A stretch of 63,962 bases of DNA, counting the filler, from Choristocarpus tenellus KU-1152 (Eukaryota > Protista > Phaeophyceae): assembly GCA_964200185.2 (NCBI GenBank). It is 10 parts of 10 records of this genome, joined end to end, with 100 filler letters (N's around TTAATTAATTAA, not from the genome) between each part and the next. Parts side by side here need not be neighbours in the genome. Positions count along the whole stretch, not along the records: positions 18,635 to 32,031 come from CAXNAD020001507.1; positions 32,132 to 37,149 come from CAXNAD020012146.1; positions 37,250 to 49,523 come from CAXNAD020001895.1; 7 more parts are not named here. One strand, given 5' to 3'. The notes under the pieces were generated by a model, which was given only the letters and a program-made list of their open reading frames with translations, was not told the DNA's origin and did not search any database. Position 1 is the stretch's first letter. Each line of letters opens with the position of its first letter. Both the position numbers and the translations under genes were made by a program. Positions 24,915 through 38,029 of the stretch are shown piece by piece.

Positions 24915-27900
24915 ATGTCACAAGGATGGGAGGAGCCGGAAGTACCCATGACAAGGGATTCAACGTTTCTTGAAATGGATGGTGGGACGAATGCTTCTGG
25001 AAGAGGTAGGACGCGGACAGCATGGATGTCGGAAGAACGACCCAACCATCGACCAGTTCATCCTCATCCAGGTGTGCATGGAGGTAAAGAAGGGAGCAAG
25101 CAATGCCTCCCATGCGATTCTGGAGTAGTAGTAGCTGTGGATTGTACGATGGGGTTTTGGAGCCACCCTTGTGGTGTCAGAATGACAACCTTCAGCAAGG
25201 AGCACTTCTTTCCTCCATCTTAGACTCTACTGTGAGCTTACTTGCTTTTTTCTCACCACTACTCTTGCGTCCCTGCGCAACCTCCTCAATAATTTTTTAC
25301 TCATTCTACATATTCCAAAACGGTGGAACCATCTACGTTGTTCTTTCTTATCAACCTATGTACACCCTATTGTGCAGGAAGTGGGGTGCAAGGTGACCCT
25401 CCTGTCGGGGATGGCGAAGAAGGTGAAAGGAGGAGACCAAGGCGGGAGAAGCGTGTACCCCAGCTGGAGAAAACGTTGGCTATTCTGGTGCAGGTAGATT
25501 ATTAGCTGCTGGCGCTGGTCCGGCCTACCTGTTGAGCATTAGAGGCAAGGGAGGTACTAACTCGCGAGTTGTAAGTCGGGCAGTCGGTCGTTGGCATCTC
25601 ATTCCGAGCTACAGTAGGGACCTGCGATGGTATGGTATCGAAGAGATACTGTTGCACCGCTCGAGCAAAATGTTATCCGTGTGATCGTTATCATACTTTT
25701 CAGCATAGTGTTGAGGTCCCATATATGTCATATTTCCTGTGGAACCCCCAGTGTCCGATCCCATATTTGTTACAACACCGCACTACTACCGTGACATCCA
25801 TTGAGAGACATATACCTACCCTTATCACTGGCACAATCCCAGCCTTATGTACCCTTTGCGCTTACTGTTGCCTTAGAACTCATTTCCTGCTTCCTTGTCC
25901 AGCTTTTCCTCGTACGCCACAGTGACATGTTTTGTCCTCTATGCTCTGTTTTGTTGGCTAAGCATTCCCCTTTGCATTGTTGGTGGCACCACTTGTTCTT
26001 AATAGTGCTAGGATCCACGAAAGGTGTTACCCCCTCCCTCATGGGTATGATTAATAGTATTATTGGCGTTTCACCCTTTGGTTCCTCTACCTTGCATATC
26101 CTGGCATTGGTACCGAGATGATTTTACAATAACCAAAGCTATAGGAAATGGCGTTTCTCCTTGTAGTGCTAGGATCACACGATGATCTTCACCATTGTCC
26201 TGGTGCAAAGAAATCCAATACGGTGACTGCACTGTTGAGAAGAGACGTGTGTTGCAAACTACCATCCATAATACGCTCGTTGAACAAGCTTGTGTAGTGC
26301 ACAACTGTCAGTTGACCTGTTCCATTGCTCTTATTGGAGATTATCCCCTCGTCACAAATGATGATTTAGCTCTCCTACCCACCCTTCACCGCTAACCTCC
26401 CCAGAGCATGAGGGGACATACAGTGGTGGTAGAGATGAAGAATGATATCGAAATCACTGGCGTGTTGGAGGAGACCGACAAGGACATGAAGTGAGTAAAT
26501 ATCAGTGTAAGTGGAGAATGCTGAAGTAAAATCATTAGTCATGTGCGATATTTCTATCTCTCTGCAAATCATTAGTCATTGGTAAGTGGTCCCCTCCTAC
26601 CCCCCACCCCCCTCTCACCATCGCTCTCTCTCCCATTGTGTATCTCCTCACTAGCCATAAGGACTGTTCCAACAAATATTTGGTGCCAAAAATTTCTAAA
26701 CTTCTAAGTTTTCCAGTATGTAATACCCTTTCCTATCAAAGATTGTAAAACTTGTAAAAATTGGAGTTTTGAGGGCATGAAGTTATTGTCTTTAGTAATG
26801 GGCCTAACCCTAACAGTAAACTTTATTCTACATACAGCCTGCACTTATTTTTTATTATATATGTGTCTTTGCAGACTCTACATACGGTACTGAGGCGTCA
26901 AAGACGCATAGATTAGCCCAAACACGCATTAGAGATTGGCCAACCAAGTTACTGTACATTGGCTGTGGTTGTTTTTTTGTATCCAAGGCTGCAGCAGGAG
27001 GGTGTTAGTTGATTATATCTAAGACTGTTGGTGTTGTGGTAAGGGTCGCGAGGGAGAGAGGGAGAGGGAGAGGGAGAGGGAGAGAGAGAGAGAGAGAGAG
27101 AGCTATTGAGAACAATTCACTCACAAAGATATGAGAGACATAAGAGGAAACTCTGTGCAAATGATACTGAGTTGTGATTTACTTCAAAGAGGATGCAAGA
27201 CCCTAAAGGAGTGGGAACTATCCATAATCGCAATAAAAACTATGCCAAAGAGGGGTGACGCGATCGGATCCTGATAGCATATCCAGATAATGATGGTGTC
27301 CTGCGAGGTAAGTAGCAGTCACTCAAGAACAATACCGCTGGTATGACACCCATTATTGAAAGGGGTGGCATGTCCAATAGAGTGCTATGTAGAGGGAGTA
27401 AAGTCCCATGCCATTTGCACATTATGTGATTACTATAAGTTGGTCCCTTGTTCTGCATCCAAATCATCGAAGTTTCCAATTTTTCCATCTGTTGTGGACT
27501 GTACCTTTTCCAGTCAATATCATTTTAACTCTTGTAATTTGTGTAGTGGCAGATGCGGAACTCCGATACAATGATGGATTTACTGCTGTTCACTTGTGCA
27601 TTGTAAACCACCTGACCATGGGTACAGTGTACAGTGGCTTCTTTGCTCTGTGTTGGAGTTTGTCCTGAACTGCCGATTTTCTTGAGGATTAGCCCATGAG
27701 CTCTAGAGTGGATCTCAGAGCAACACAGTAGAGCAGGCAGAGTGATTTTCCTGAGTTGTCTCTCTGAAACTGTTTTGGCGAGGAGCTTTTCTTCTCAATC
27801 CCAAGAGGTAAAGCTTGGATGTACATCTGCCTCACAGTACATGTTGTTAGTAATAGAGTTGTATACCTCTGGTGCCTAGTTTGAAGCACAGAGACCTTTG

Positions 27901-30291
27901 CTGTGCCTCATGCTATTCTATACCAATCAAATCATTGCATGCCACTGTAAGGGATTTTTTCTTGTTCCTCAATAGCTCACCACTTGTCCATGCTACAGTG
28001 TCGCCTCCACAGTAACCGCCTGCTGTATGTAGCAAGACTTCAACTACAATGTCTTCTCTATCATGATCCCACTTGGTGCCACTCCTCCTCGTTTCGTGGA
28101 CACCCTTCATCCAGCCTTGTCATGGTCAATGTTCGTCAGGTCACACCTCAGGTACTCAGCAAAGGGTTTTGACAGTAACTGGCACTGACAGGTGACTGTT
28201 GGTTAAGGGATGTTCCAAAAGGTGTCCCTGTAGGAGGCCGTGAGTGCTGGGTATATGTTCTGAATGCACTTGTTTAAGATGGCTTTGGTATATTGGAATA
28301 GGGACCTCCTGCCACATGTACATGTATACGGATGTATTGCTTTGCAAGTTCTGCAAAGAAGTCACAGGAACTTGCATGCCGTGGGGAGTTCAGAGAGGGA
28401 AGCCATTTGTGTGATGTGCTTAGAGTTCTAGCAGAGCTGTTGTTATTGCCATGGTGCCACAAGGTGAAGCTAATAGACATGGTTGTGTTGCATATTGGTT
28501 CAGCAAAGAGCACGAAGGAGCAAGAAGCGCAATCCCACCAAAGTCATGAAGATACATCTCGCACAGTTCTTGTTGTTGCTTTGGATAAAGGAATGTTAAT
28601 GTTCCCAGAACGTTATCCTAATAAAATGCACAACTACCCTGTATGCCCAACATACATTGATCGGCTACACATGGAAAATTACCAGCTCACTAGAATGCCG
28701 CCCTGTCGGTGTTACTTAAACCATTTCCTCTGTGTGAAGGGAGGAGTTGCGTTGATGGAGGTGGCATTCGTCTCTGGGAGGATGGTTCGGTATGTGCACA
28801 TTCCCGATGATGTTGATGCCATCAGAAATCTCCAAAAGCACGTGAGTATTTCCCACCCCAACAAGTGAGGTAATACATACTTTGAAATGCTTTGGTGCGC
28901 TTGAGATCCTAGTATTACCCTGAAGTAAGAACTGTAGTCCTCATTACTCTCTTCGGCAAAGCCTAGTCTCAAAGTCCAATGTATTGCACCTTGTTCGAAG
29001 CTTAATTGCAGGACCGTGGCAAATCATCCTCTGTCAGTTCTTCCACCAGAATGGATTGTTGAAGGGAATTGAGTTTCATTTGATAGATATTTTTCATGTC
29101 ATGTTGATTTCAACGCCTTGGCGAGTGCTTTTAATAGGAAATCAGCAGGAATGTATGCTACCGATGTGAGAGGTAGGTTATTTCATTCTCTTCATGTGCC
29201 TTCATTGGGAAATGCAACTGAGTTTAATGTGACTCTAATGTTCTTGTTGATGTGACTTTAATGCTCTTGTTGATGTTACCCATCCGACCAATACCTTTGT
29301 AAGAATTACCTCTACCAAATGCTTTTGAAGATGTCCAGACATTATATCTAGGGCCCTGTGCTTAAGTGTGAGTCATCATCAGTACCCGACAGAGCCATAA
29401 TCTCTTTTAATGGCCATTTGTGACATATGTACTACATGGGTCCTTCGACATGTGAATTTTGTTCTCCCTTTCCACAGTGTTAATAACTAAAGGTCTCAGT
29501 GCATGTGACTGTCTCTGCTCTTGTGACTGATGTAATGGCTGTTGTAGTTGGTTGTATTTTGTGCGTATATCGGTACATTGCATAGTCTGGTAGACGTGAC
29601 GAAGGCTCTTACACCAATTCCTTGTGGGATTCTTGCACAATTTCCTGTTTAACATTTTGAGGCTCTTTGTGTGAACGAACTCCCGTGTAGTGGTCTTGTT
29701 CTTGTGGTGGCAAGTACTGTTGCATGTCTTTGGTACATGTTTCACTGTCCCACCACATTTCCAAAACATTCTCACTCATAGAATATGTGTTCGGTAGAAA
29801 AGGGTAGAGTTTGCACTAGGTAGAGTTGCACTAGGTGAGATTTGCGCTGAGTTGGATGGCACTTCCTTGGCCCTATCCATTTGCTGTATCTCGTATTATT
29901 GGCAGCAAAATAGAACATGCTATAGATCAGTTGGTGAGGGGGTCCTGTTGGGGACATGTTGTCATGTTGGTGGTGAAATAAAGGATGTGCGAAACGAGGT
30001 ATGATCTCACTAAAGTCAAAGGGTTTTGTGCAATTGCCTCTTCCAAGATCGCTTTCAGAGCTGTTGCAGCTTCACTGTAGTTTTCACTGGCTCCCTCTTG
30101 TCTCGCAGGTCCTTTGTGTCTTTGTAGCAGATATACTTTGTAAGGATGTACTTTGTAAGGATGCATTATCGTTGCCACTCACATATGTCCTCATCTCATT
30201 AACCGTCGCACAGATGCGTGTGATGGGTAGGACTGCCAGAGAGTACAGTCGAAATATGCTGAAGGTGAGGAATTCTCCAACACCTCGATAG
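24915..30291 (+). CDS. LSM10: U7 snRNA-associated Sm-like protein LSm10 homolog, spliced gene
   Basis: Exons 24915-25083 (tentative), 25378-25493, 26405-26490, 28115-28151, 28740-28841 and 30214-30291 (last exon end tentative) are phase-consistent. They give LEKTLAILVQ-SMRGHTVVVEMKNDIEITGVLEETDKDMN-LVMVNVRQVTPQ-GGVALMEVAFVSGRMVRYVHIPDDVDAIRNLQKH: an Sm1 motif plus the LSm10-type Sm2 motif FV.GR.VRYVHIPDDV. Confidence 0.82.
27050..27102 (+). repeat. GA-rich microsatellite
   Basis: (GAGAGG)n followed by (GA)n. Confidence 0.9.
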
Positions 30292-30806
30292 TGGCAGTCA
30301 AAGACGGTACTAGTATGGACTACAAGCCTTCTGTGAAAACCGATGGATTCTTGAGTGGTGCAGTTTCCTTTTTTTTTCTTTCTGGGTGATGTCAATGGAT
30401 ATCGTGCCTGACAGGATGTAGTGTTACGCACTATTAGTTTTGATTGCCTCTAGGTCACGCTTTCAGTGAAGGGGATCCAGTTGAACAGGATCTGAGTCAG
30501 TGGAGAGTTGCCCTCTCCAATACGTGGTTCTCCTAAGAGTGTGATCGTATCCACCATACTGCTATGTGCCCATTGATTGCGCAGCAGTCTGGGCTAATGG
30601 CTAGAAGAGGAAACACTAAGAGAAGGACTGAATATTCAGATAATAGGAAGACAGACATGAGTGACTGACTGCTTAATCCTGGAATCTGCTGCTCACAGAA
30701 TGCTTTGTAAAGAAGTGAGCACTTTGTATTTTGTAAGAGCTGAGAACAACAGGAATCAATGTGTATGAATGTGCACCATCAGTTGAAGTTGCTTCTTCAG
30801 GTACCC

Positions 30807-30962
30807 CTTACACGGTATAGTTGATAACTACTACACTCTTACACGGTATAGTTGATAACTACTACACTCTTACACGGTATAGTTGATAACTACTACACTC
30901 TTACACGGTATAGTTGATAACTACTACACTCTTACACGGTATAGTTGATAACTACTACACTC
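30807..30962 (+). repeat. Perfect 31-bp tandem array x5
   Basis: CTTACACGGTATAGTTGATAACTACTACACT repeated five times with no spacer or mismatch. Confidence 0.97.
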
Positions 30963-31554
30963 CCGCGTGCAACTCTGGTTTTGTGATGGCAGTGCAGAGC
31001 AAGCTTATAACTTCCCAATTTCACCACCCTAAATCCCTAAAGAAGCTACGAAATTCCTGCTATTTTGGGGTCTGCTTTCTTCAGTGCCATACCATTTGCC
31101 TATTTTTTACGTTTGCGTAGTGGGATAATGGAAGGTCATACATAGATGTGCTCAGATTATAACCCTCCAAGAAATGTGTGTTAGGTTATCATGTCGAACA
31201 TGGAGTTGAAATGGACCAAGAAATGCTTCAGGGACATTAGTTCAACTTTGAATGCTGTGAGTGTGTAGAATATCTGTAGGAAGTAGGCCTTACTTGCTGA
31301 TCAAACACTCACTTTGAGGGCATCTATGATTCTCTTTCTTTATCCCAAGGAGAAGCTGCTGTCATTTTGATCAGGATATACTACGTAGGAGCAACAACCC
31401 AATACCTCTCCAATAGCCGCAATACTCTGTGCGACTCGTAGGCTGCTACTCTTGGAAGTTAGTGTTATTTGCTGTGCAAGGTACACTTCCTCTGCTCGGA
31501 ATTAAATGTAATATAAATTTTGCAGCACCAATGAAGGAGCAAGATTTTTTTTCA

Positions 31555-31745
31555 GAGTCAAAGTATCTTAGAGGGTAGAGCCGTGTCCATTTGGGGCAAA
31601 AATCCAATGTTGAGATTTTGATATAATATTGGCCATTGTGTTTGTTGGGAAGTATTAATATCCATGTTCTGGACACACCTTTTCATAATGTATACATTTT
31701 ACCTACTCTGAAACATTTTGGACAAGTAAAATGTCATAAAAAAAC
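31555..31745 (+). mobile_element. MITE family A copy 6, 3'-truncated
   Basis: Left TIR and interior present; similarity ends after AAATGTCATAAAAAAAC, with no right TIR. Confidence 0.88.
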
Positions 31746-32031
31746 TGTGCAATATAGGCTGATAGTCTATATGGTTTATACTTGTGTAGTGAACACTACT
31801 AGACAACAGGAATGTTGGCTAAGTGGAACAAGTGTCATTGACTTGTGTTCGTGTGCGTAAAGTAATGAGTTCGAATATCAGATGTTCGATATCTTATTAC
31901 TTGATATAAATGGACTGTTGGAGGAGTTCTGTCTTAGTACTGGCTACACAAGATGAGTGACATAGTACGATGTAACGGCAGGACATGTTTTGATGTGTCA
32001 GCTGATAAGTCAGCTGATATATGTAAGAAAC

Positions 32032-32131
32032 NNNNNNNNNNNNNNNNNNNNNNNNNNNNNNNNNNNNNNNNNNNNTTAATTAATTAANNNNNNNNNNNNN
32101 NNNNNNNNNNNNNNNNNNNNNNNNNNNNNNN
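32032..32131. other. Artificial contig linker
   Basis: N44-TTAATTAATTAA-N44. Confidence 0.98.
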
Positions 32132-32159
32132 CTCCACCCCCTCCAAGATACTTTGGGCC
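32132..32159. mobile_element. MITE family B terminal inverted repeat at contig start
   Basis: CTCCACCCCCTCCAAGATACTTTGGGCC matches the family B end in reverse complement. Confidence 0.55.
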
Positions 32160-33149
32160 GAAGGTTGTTGCGCGCCCAACTACACACTTACACCACCTCT
32201 GCTGTTTTCTTACCCTTGTTTTCCTTCAACTATGATCCCAATCTTCTGAAGGTCGTCTTAGGGTTAGGGTTAATTTTGGGCACTTTTCACAACTTCTCCT
32301 GTCCATCATGCCTCTATATCTATGTTAAGCATCTTGAGAAGCTCCATGCCCCATGCGCACAACTAACCCTGCAGTGAAGAAGAGTCTCTACTCACTCATG
32401 GTGGGCTCTGCAATCTCATAGCCAGCCTTCACAAGGGCATCTTTGTATCTGTGCCTTACTGTTTGCAAAATAGGATAGTGCAACGTAAAGGAAGTTGTGA
32501 TGATGATAGGAAAGCTTCTCACCGCCAGTGTATAGTGGAGGTACACCTGTACCTTACTATCTTTCACAAAACCACAAAAAGGGAAAATCGAAACTACAGA
32601 AAGGGACGCAGAAGATCTGTACCATGGTGGAGAAGATTAATTGCAGAAGGCGGGGGTATACTCCAAATTCAAGGGAGGAGACGGAGGGATGAGAGGGGGG
32701 ACTGTTAAACCCAACAGGTAAGAAAAGATCAGGGCAGATACAGGGTAGTACAATTAGTTAAAGCGCAAGAGGTATAGTTCGTAGGGTAGAAATAATAGTG
32801 CAATATATCTATGCACTTTCATCTTACCATAGGTAAGGGACTAGATAGGGTGGAGGCGGGGTGGAGATATCTTCTTGACAAAAATGAAAATGAGTATATA
32901 ATAATGTTAATAATATTTAATCTGAGAAATTGTTCCTGGTCTGGGTTGTGGCGTGTGTTGTTCTATATATTTTTCTCCAATCTCGATTATTCACCTTTCG
33001 CCGACTTCTTCAAGAAAGAAGAGTGGATTGATGGAGTATAGTGGGATCCAATTTTCTTCACGAATCGTCTTGTAAGGGGTTGGCTAAATATATATGAGCT
33101 TTTCACTTTTTCACACCGTTTTTGGTCCTTGAGTGGCCGGGTAAACGGG

Positions 33150-33708
33150 GCATAGTGTTGACAACCAACGTGCTCGTACCTGCCGTAGGGTAGGGGGATA
33201 GGTACACCAACACACGCTGATAGTTAAGTGTCTAGGTCAGCTCTCCAAGGGAATGGGCATCCCTTACACTATGAAGGATGGCAGCCCTTTCACAGTGGAC
33301 TGGAATTCTGTTGTGGGTGTGGTTTTCCATGTTGGGGCACTTGCGGATGCTGGATGAGCTCCCTACTGTGACGAAGGCCTTCTCCTGGATGTTGCATATA
33401 CAGAAGTGCAAACAGCATCCCATTTACCACACTCATCCACCAGCAATGATATAGCTGTGCTGCAGTTGAGGCGCCAAAGCGCATCCACTACGAGGATTCT
33501 TTTTACTCTCGTAGCTTTAACCTCAAACACCTTCGCGGTGGAATTTTTTGGGTGCATTGGTAAGAAAGCAGAAATTTTCAAAGATGAGTTGGCTACACAT
33601 GAAGTGGGGGGGAGAGGGCGCGGACATAATACCAGGAAAGGGGCTATCAAATCCCGCTTACGACAGATAGGCCTGTCACTACACAAGTGGCTCTCTCGAG
33701 ATGTGTAA
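33150..33708 (+). mobile_element. 3' fragment of a CRE/R2-like non-LTR retrotransposon (restriction-like endonuclease domain), decayed
   Basis: Across frames: RARTCRR...HQHTLIVKCLGQLSKGMGIPY (Cys/His knuckle remnant), LLLDVAYTEVQ, and TFAVEFFGCIGKKAEIFKDELATHEVGG...KSRLRQI. This matches the RLE C-terminal pattern (..DVT, .FA.E.FG.LG..A..F...L). Confidence 0.65.
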
Positions 33709-34594
33709 CGCGTTTCAGGTAGAGACACCACGCAGATGGGGCAAGAAGGGACCTGTCAGATAATTGGGATTCTTCCCTAACTCCTCTCCCACTTGTGTAG
33801 GGCTAAGCTAGGTTGGAGCCATAGCAGGAATGTACCCAAAACAATGTAATTACCAGCGTTTAGAGAGTTTGTGGTGTAAGTGGTATTCAACTAGGCAACA
33901 GATTTAAGAAAGAGATTTAAGAGAGATATATTTTATTTTTATGAGAACTGTATGTTAGTTTAAGAACCCTTCTCTTGATACTGGTTTGTTATTTCTTGAT
34001 GTATCTGAAAAATGTCGAAGGTTATCTTAATGATAATATATGATGAATGAATATTGAAATACGTTGTGTAATATAGAACAGAAACTCAACACACTTGCCA
34101 TCTCCGACCTATACCAATTTTGTTTAATTTTCTTTTCAATATTAATTTTAGGAGGAAAATTCATCACAACAAAAAATTGGCTATTCAAAAAGCAAATTAC
34201 ACTATCGAACGTTTATTTTTGTGATTGATATTCTTCCTAAAAATAGGATTGAATTTCTATTTTGAACAAGATTAATGTAAAACCACTATTCTCCTATCAA
34301 AATTATGAAACAAAATATGACTATACTGACATGTGGATAGTTTTCATTGGTTTCCCTTTGACACATCTGGAAAATGTCAGAGGGGGGAAAATATATTTAC
34401 TTGATTGATGTACGTAGATTTTTTCGTCTTAGTTACATCTCCTAACATATCGATCGATACCTAAAAAAAGAAAATGAACTCGTGTTTGTTCTGTGTTAGG
34501 GTTAGGGCTTAAGAAGGTTTGTGTCCTTTTAAGGTGTGGGAAAGGGTGACCCATCAGATCATTTTGCCCCATTGGCAGCCTGCTTGTCAAGACA

Positions 34595-34794
34595 ATGGTG
34601 GTTCGAAGACGTCAATTGTCTGTGGGAGGCTTGTTGTTAGCAGTCGGATCATGGGCAGCTCTGTGTGGGTGCCGCGGAGTTGACGCGTTCTTGCCAGGGT
34701 TGGGACCAGCAAGGTACAAGGATGATGAGACGATCCCGCTCTTTATCAACGAGTTGACTTCCACGAAGACACAGATCCCCCTGGACTACTATAG
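34595..34794 (+). CDS. Transmembrane 9 superfamily (TM9SF/EMP70) protein, first exon
   Basis: ATG, signal peptide, then AFLPGLGPARYKDDETIPLFINELTSTKTQIPLDYY (TM9SF pattern F.LPG..P..Y...I...N.L.S..T..P..YY); donor AG|GTGAGG. Confidence 0.88.
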
Positions 34795-36907
34795 GTGAGG
34801 TGTTGGTCAAGGTTTTTCCTGCTTGTCTCAATTGCCCACGCTGAACGAGGTACTAACACGACATCGTCAATTCCGATATAGTGAGGGCTGTTTATTTTTT
34901 TGCGGTGTGTGTTGGGTCGTGAGCAGGTAGCGGAGTGGATGGTGTCGGGTTCAAGAACTTGGTCATTTTTTGCGCGTGTCAATGTCTATTCAGCATTTGG
35001 TCTTTTTGTCGTGCTCACGTGTTGATGAAATCTTAGTTTCTTACTCCTGCGACTGTTTTCTTTCGTATAGGAGAGTCGAGTCCTTCCTCTCAGGATTTCT
35101 TTCCTGCCTTTGAGTAAATAGATAAAACAAAGCAAAACTGGGAAGACCTTTGCAAATCCTCTGCGAGGTGCTCGTCTCCTGGTGTGTTTTGCCACGACAA
35201 GCACAAGTTCAGGCAGTGAAGTAGAATCAAGTGTTTCTCCTGAGATTTCACAGAGCAAGGACCGCTTGTTATGGCACCCCCTGCAAGCTTCTGTGTTTTT
35301 GGAACTTCTCTCTCTCTCTCGCTCACAACTATTAGTCATTGAATCGATGTTGGTCATGACCGTCAAAATAGTGGGTATCTTTGTCGTGCTCCGTCCTCCA
35401 AGTTGTGTCTTGATGTACCTAGTTTTGACTGTCCTCCAATTCCCATCTGATGGGGTTTGGACTGCGGGCATATCTGTGGTTTCTACCGAGAGACGGTTCC
35501 ACTTCTTTCCCGCTTGAACCTTAAGATGCGTTTGCAACACCTCCATTTTGTGATCCAACCCTTCAGCACTCGCACTTGATGTGTTTGTATCGAGCTCGTA
35601 GAGATTGCGAAAGAGGTCCATCAAGTCCACGTACAGATTATTCTATCCATGGGATACGTTATTTTGTTGTCATATTTTGAGCCGTAAGTTATTGCTGCGC
35701 GGTTTCAGTTTGTTGTGGTATGTATAGGCAGTATTTGGTCAAGCCGCCAAGCTTGATTTCGACGCTATGGGCAAACAGCAGGCCAGCAGGGCAGCAAATG
35801 ATAACCAGAGGTATCGATCATCGCATCTATGGATGGTAACAATAATCTCAACTACTACAGAATGATAGCAAGATGCAATACTGTTGAGTGTGTTAGGATG
35901 GTTGGTGTTGCATCAGAGAATCAAATGAACACATTTCAACCCTAGATTTAGCGGTGGTTGTGTAGGACGTCACTTGACCTGAACGTGTCTGATTGCTCCC
36001 CTGTGGTAGGTTGGGGGGGCTGGGTGTGTCTCTGTGATTTGTCCAGTTTTCTTTTTGTGACTGTCCAGATCATTGGACTTGTCAAACCCTACATACGGTC
36101 CAATCACAGTTGATCAGAAACAAGCGCATTTGATTTCATGATATTGTTTGGAGTCCTTTTTATCTATGTTACACACTTTTTTTCTACTCATGTGGGGAAC
36201 ATTTGGCACTTTTGTTGTTGTTTGCCGTGTCTGAAAACTCTCTCTGACCTTGGCTGCACAAAACGAACTAGTCGTGATTTTTGTTGTGAGAAGAAGAGGG
36301 AGAGGGAGAGGGAGAGAGAGAGAGAGGGAGAGAGAGAGAGAGTGGTGGCACATGAAGTGCTCCTTGCTTTTTTTGTTTCTACACTTTTTGTAAGGTTACT
36401 TCAAATGCTTACTTCAAGGAAAACCTGAAGTATTAACCTTTTTCTTGTGTTGGAAGTTAGGTACTTGCCACCGATATCGAAAACAAGGCTACTGGCAATT
36501 CTGCTCCAGATTCTGAACCAAGTATTTGCAGCACCTGCGAAGAAGTTGCACAGACCGAAGGACGACCTTTGGATTTGAATTCCATTGCGGTTGGTTTTGA
36601 ATTCCATTACAGCCCTTCCATCATTTTAATACATGCAGCACACTGTGTCTAGATCAGTGCATACGTAAGATGCATTTTCTGTATGGCCTTTAGGGAGGCA
36701 CTTCACTATGTGTGATGTGTGTTGTGAACTATGGCTTTATGTGTTTCTTGTTGTGTGTATGTTATTGTGTATCAACTGAACATGTGTCAGTGACTGTTTC
36801 CACCGATGATACGTAGGTTGGGCGCAACTGTCAAAATATTCTGATTATCTACACAAAGTGGAATTACTTTTTTTTTTTGCTTGGGATTAGGTGGGAATCC
36901 TGTTTCC

Positions 36908-36938
<31 letters not shown>

Positions 36939-37149
36939 CTTTGATTTTTTTCTTCACCTTTTCCTTTTTTCCCCCCCAATAAAAAAACTTTTTTTTTTTT
37001 TTTTTTTTTTAAAAATATTTTTTTGTTTTTATAATTTTTTATTTCTTTTTTTTTTTGGTTGGGATTAGGTGGGAATCCTGTTTCCGTTTTTTTTTTTTTT
37101 TTGCCCTCTTCTGTTCTCATAGATGCTTGACTACACGGCAACCTTCCCC

Positions 37150-37249
37150 NNNNNNNNNNNNNNNNNNNNNNNNNNNNNNNNNNNNNNNNNNNNTTAATTA
37201 ATTAANNNNNNNNNNNNNNNNNNNNNNNNNNNNNNNNNNNNNNNNNNNN
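37150..37249. other. Artificial contig linker
   Basis: N44-TTAATTAATTAA-N44. Confidence 0.98.
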
Positions 37250-38029
37250 TGGTTGGTTGGGATGGTTGTTGTTATTCCTCCTGTCCTCTTTGTTCCACTC
37301 TTTCGCCCCCCTGTGGCTCCCCCCCCCCCCCCCCCAGATACTTTGGGTCTTGTCTCTATCGTCTGATACAGCTATAACTTATATTTCCATTTATCTATGA
37401 GTAAGGTAGTGAATCGATCACCTACATTTTGGACAGCATGTACGCATATACTCTGAAGTATCTATTAGGGTTAGGGGTAATGTTAGAGACAGGGTTTCCT
37501 CCAGTGGCAGAATCCTAACCCCAAGGATCCTAACCATCCTTTCGCTAGAGACAATAAATGCAAATGCTGTGAACTGTATCCACACAATAATGCATTCTCT
37601 ATTCTCCAGCATCTAGTATCTCGTTGTAAGAGTTATGTAGGCACCCCACCTCCTTGCAGAGGCCACCATTGAACAAGGCACTTACCCAACCAAGCATGTA
37701 AATCACACTCGATTAGATTGTGCTATACATGTGAGCCAAACCAATTGAGAGGTGGGCAGGTTTGGACCCCTTTGCATTCTAAGCCATCTTTCTATCCCTG
37801 TTCAGTGCATTCTATTCCATTGCTTTATGTGCACGATATTGTAGGCAAAAAATATATTTTGCTCCTTTCCACATAAAAAAGTGGTATCTTTGTTACCCTT
37901 TCTCGGGATCCTGAAAATGCAACCCTGTCCACCTCTCAGTTGGTTTGACTAACCGTACTGGCCAAAACCAGGGTCAGCATGGTGTCCCTGAAACAACAGA
38001 AATTTCCATTGTTTTTCCTATGTCCACAG

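Noticed and set aside
30807-30962. 31-bp repeat as a CRISPR array
   Set aside because: Units are directly adjacent with no spacers, there are no cas genes, and the context is eukaryotic.
36868-37105. Duplicated GGGATTAGGTGGGAATCCTGTTTCCG with poly-T tracts
   Set aside because: Low-quality homopolymer sequence near a contig end; most likely an assembly artefact. The same applies to 12420-12620 and 50838-51000 around 10-N gaps.
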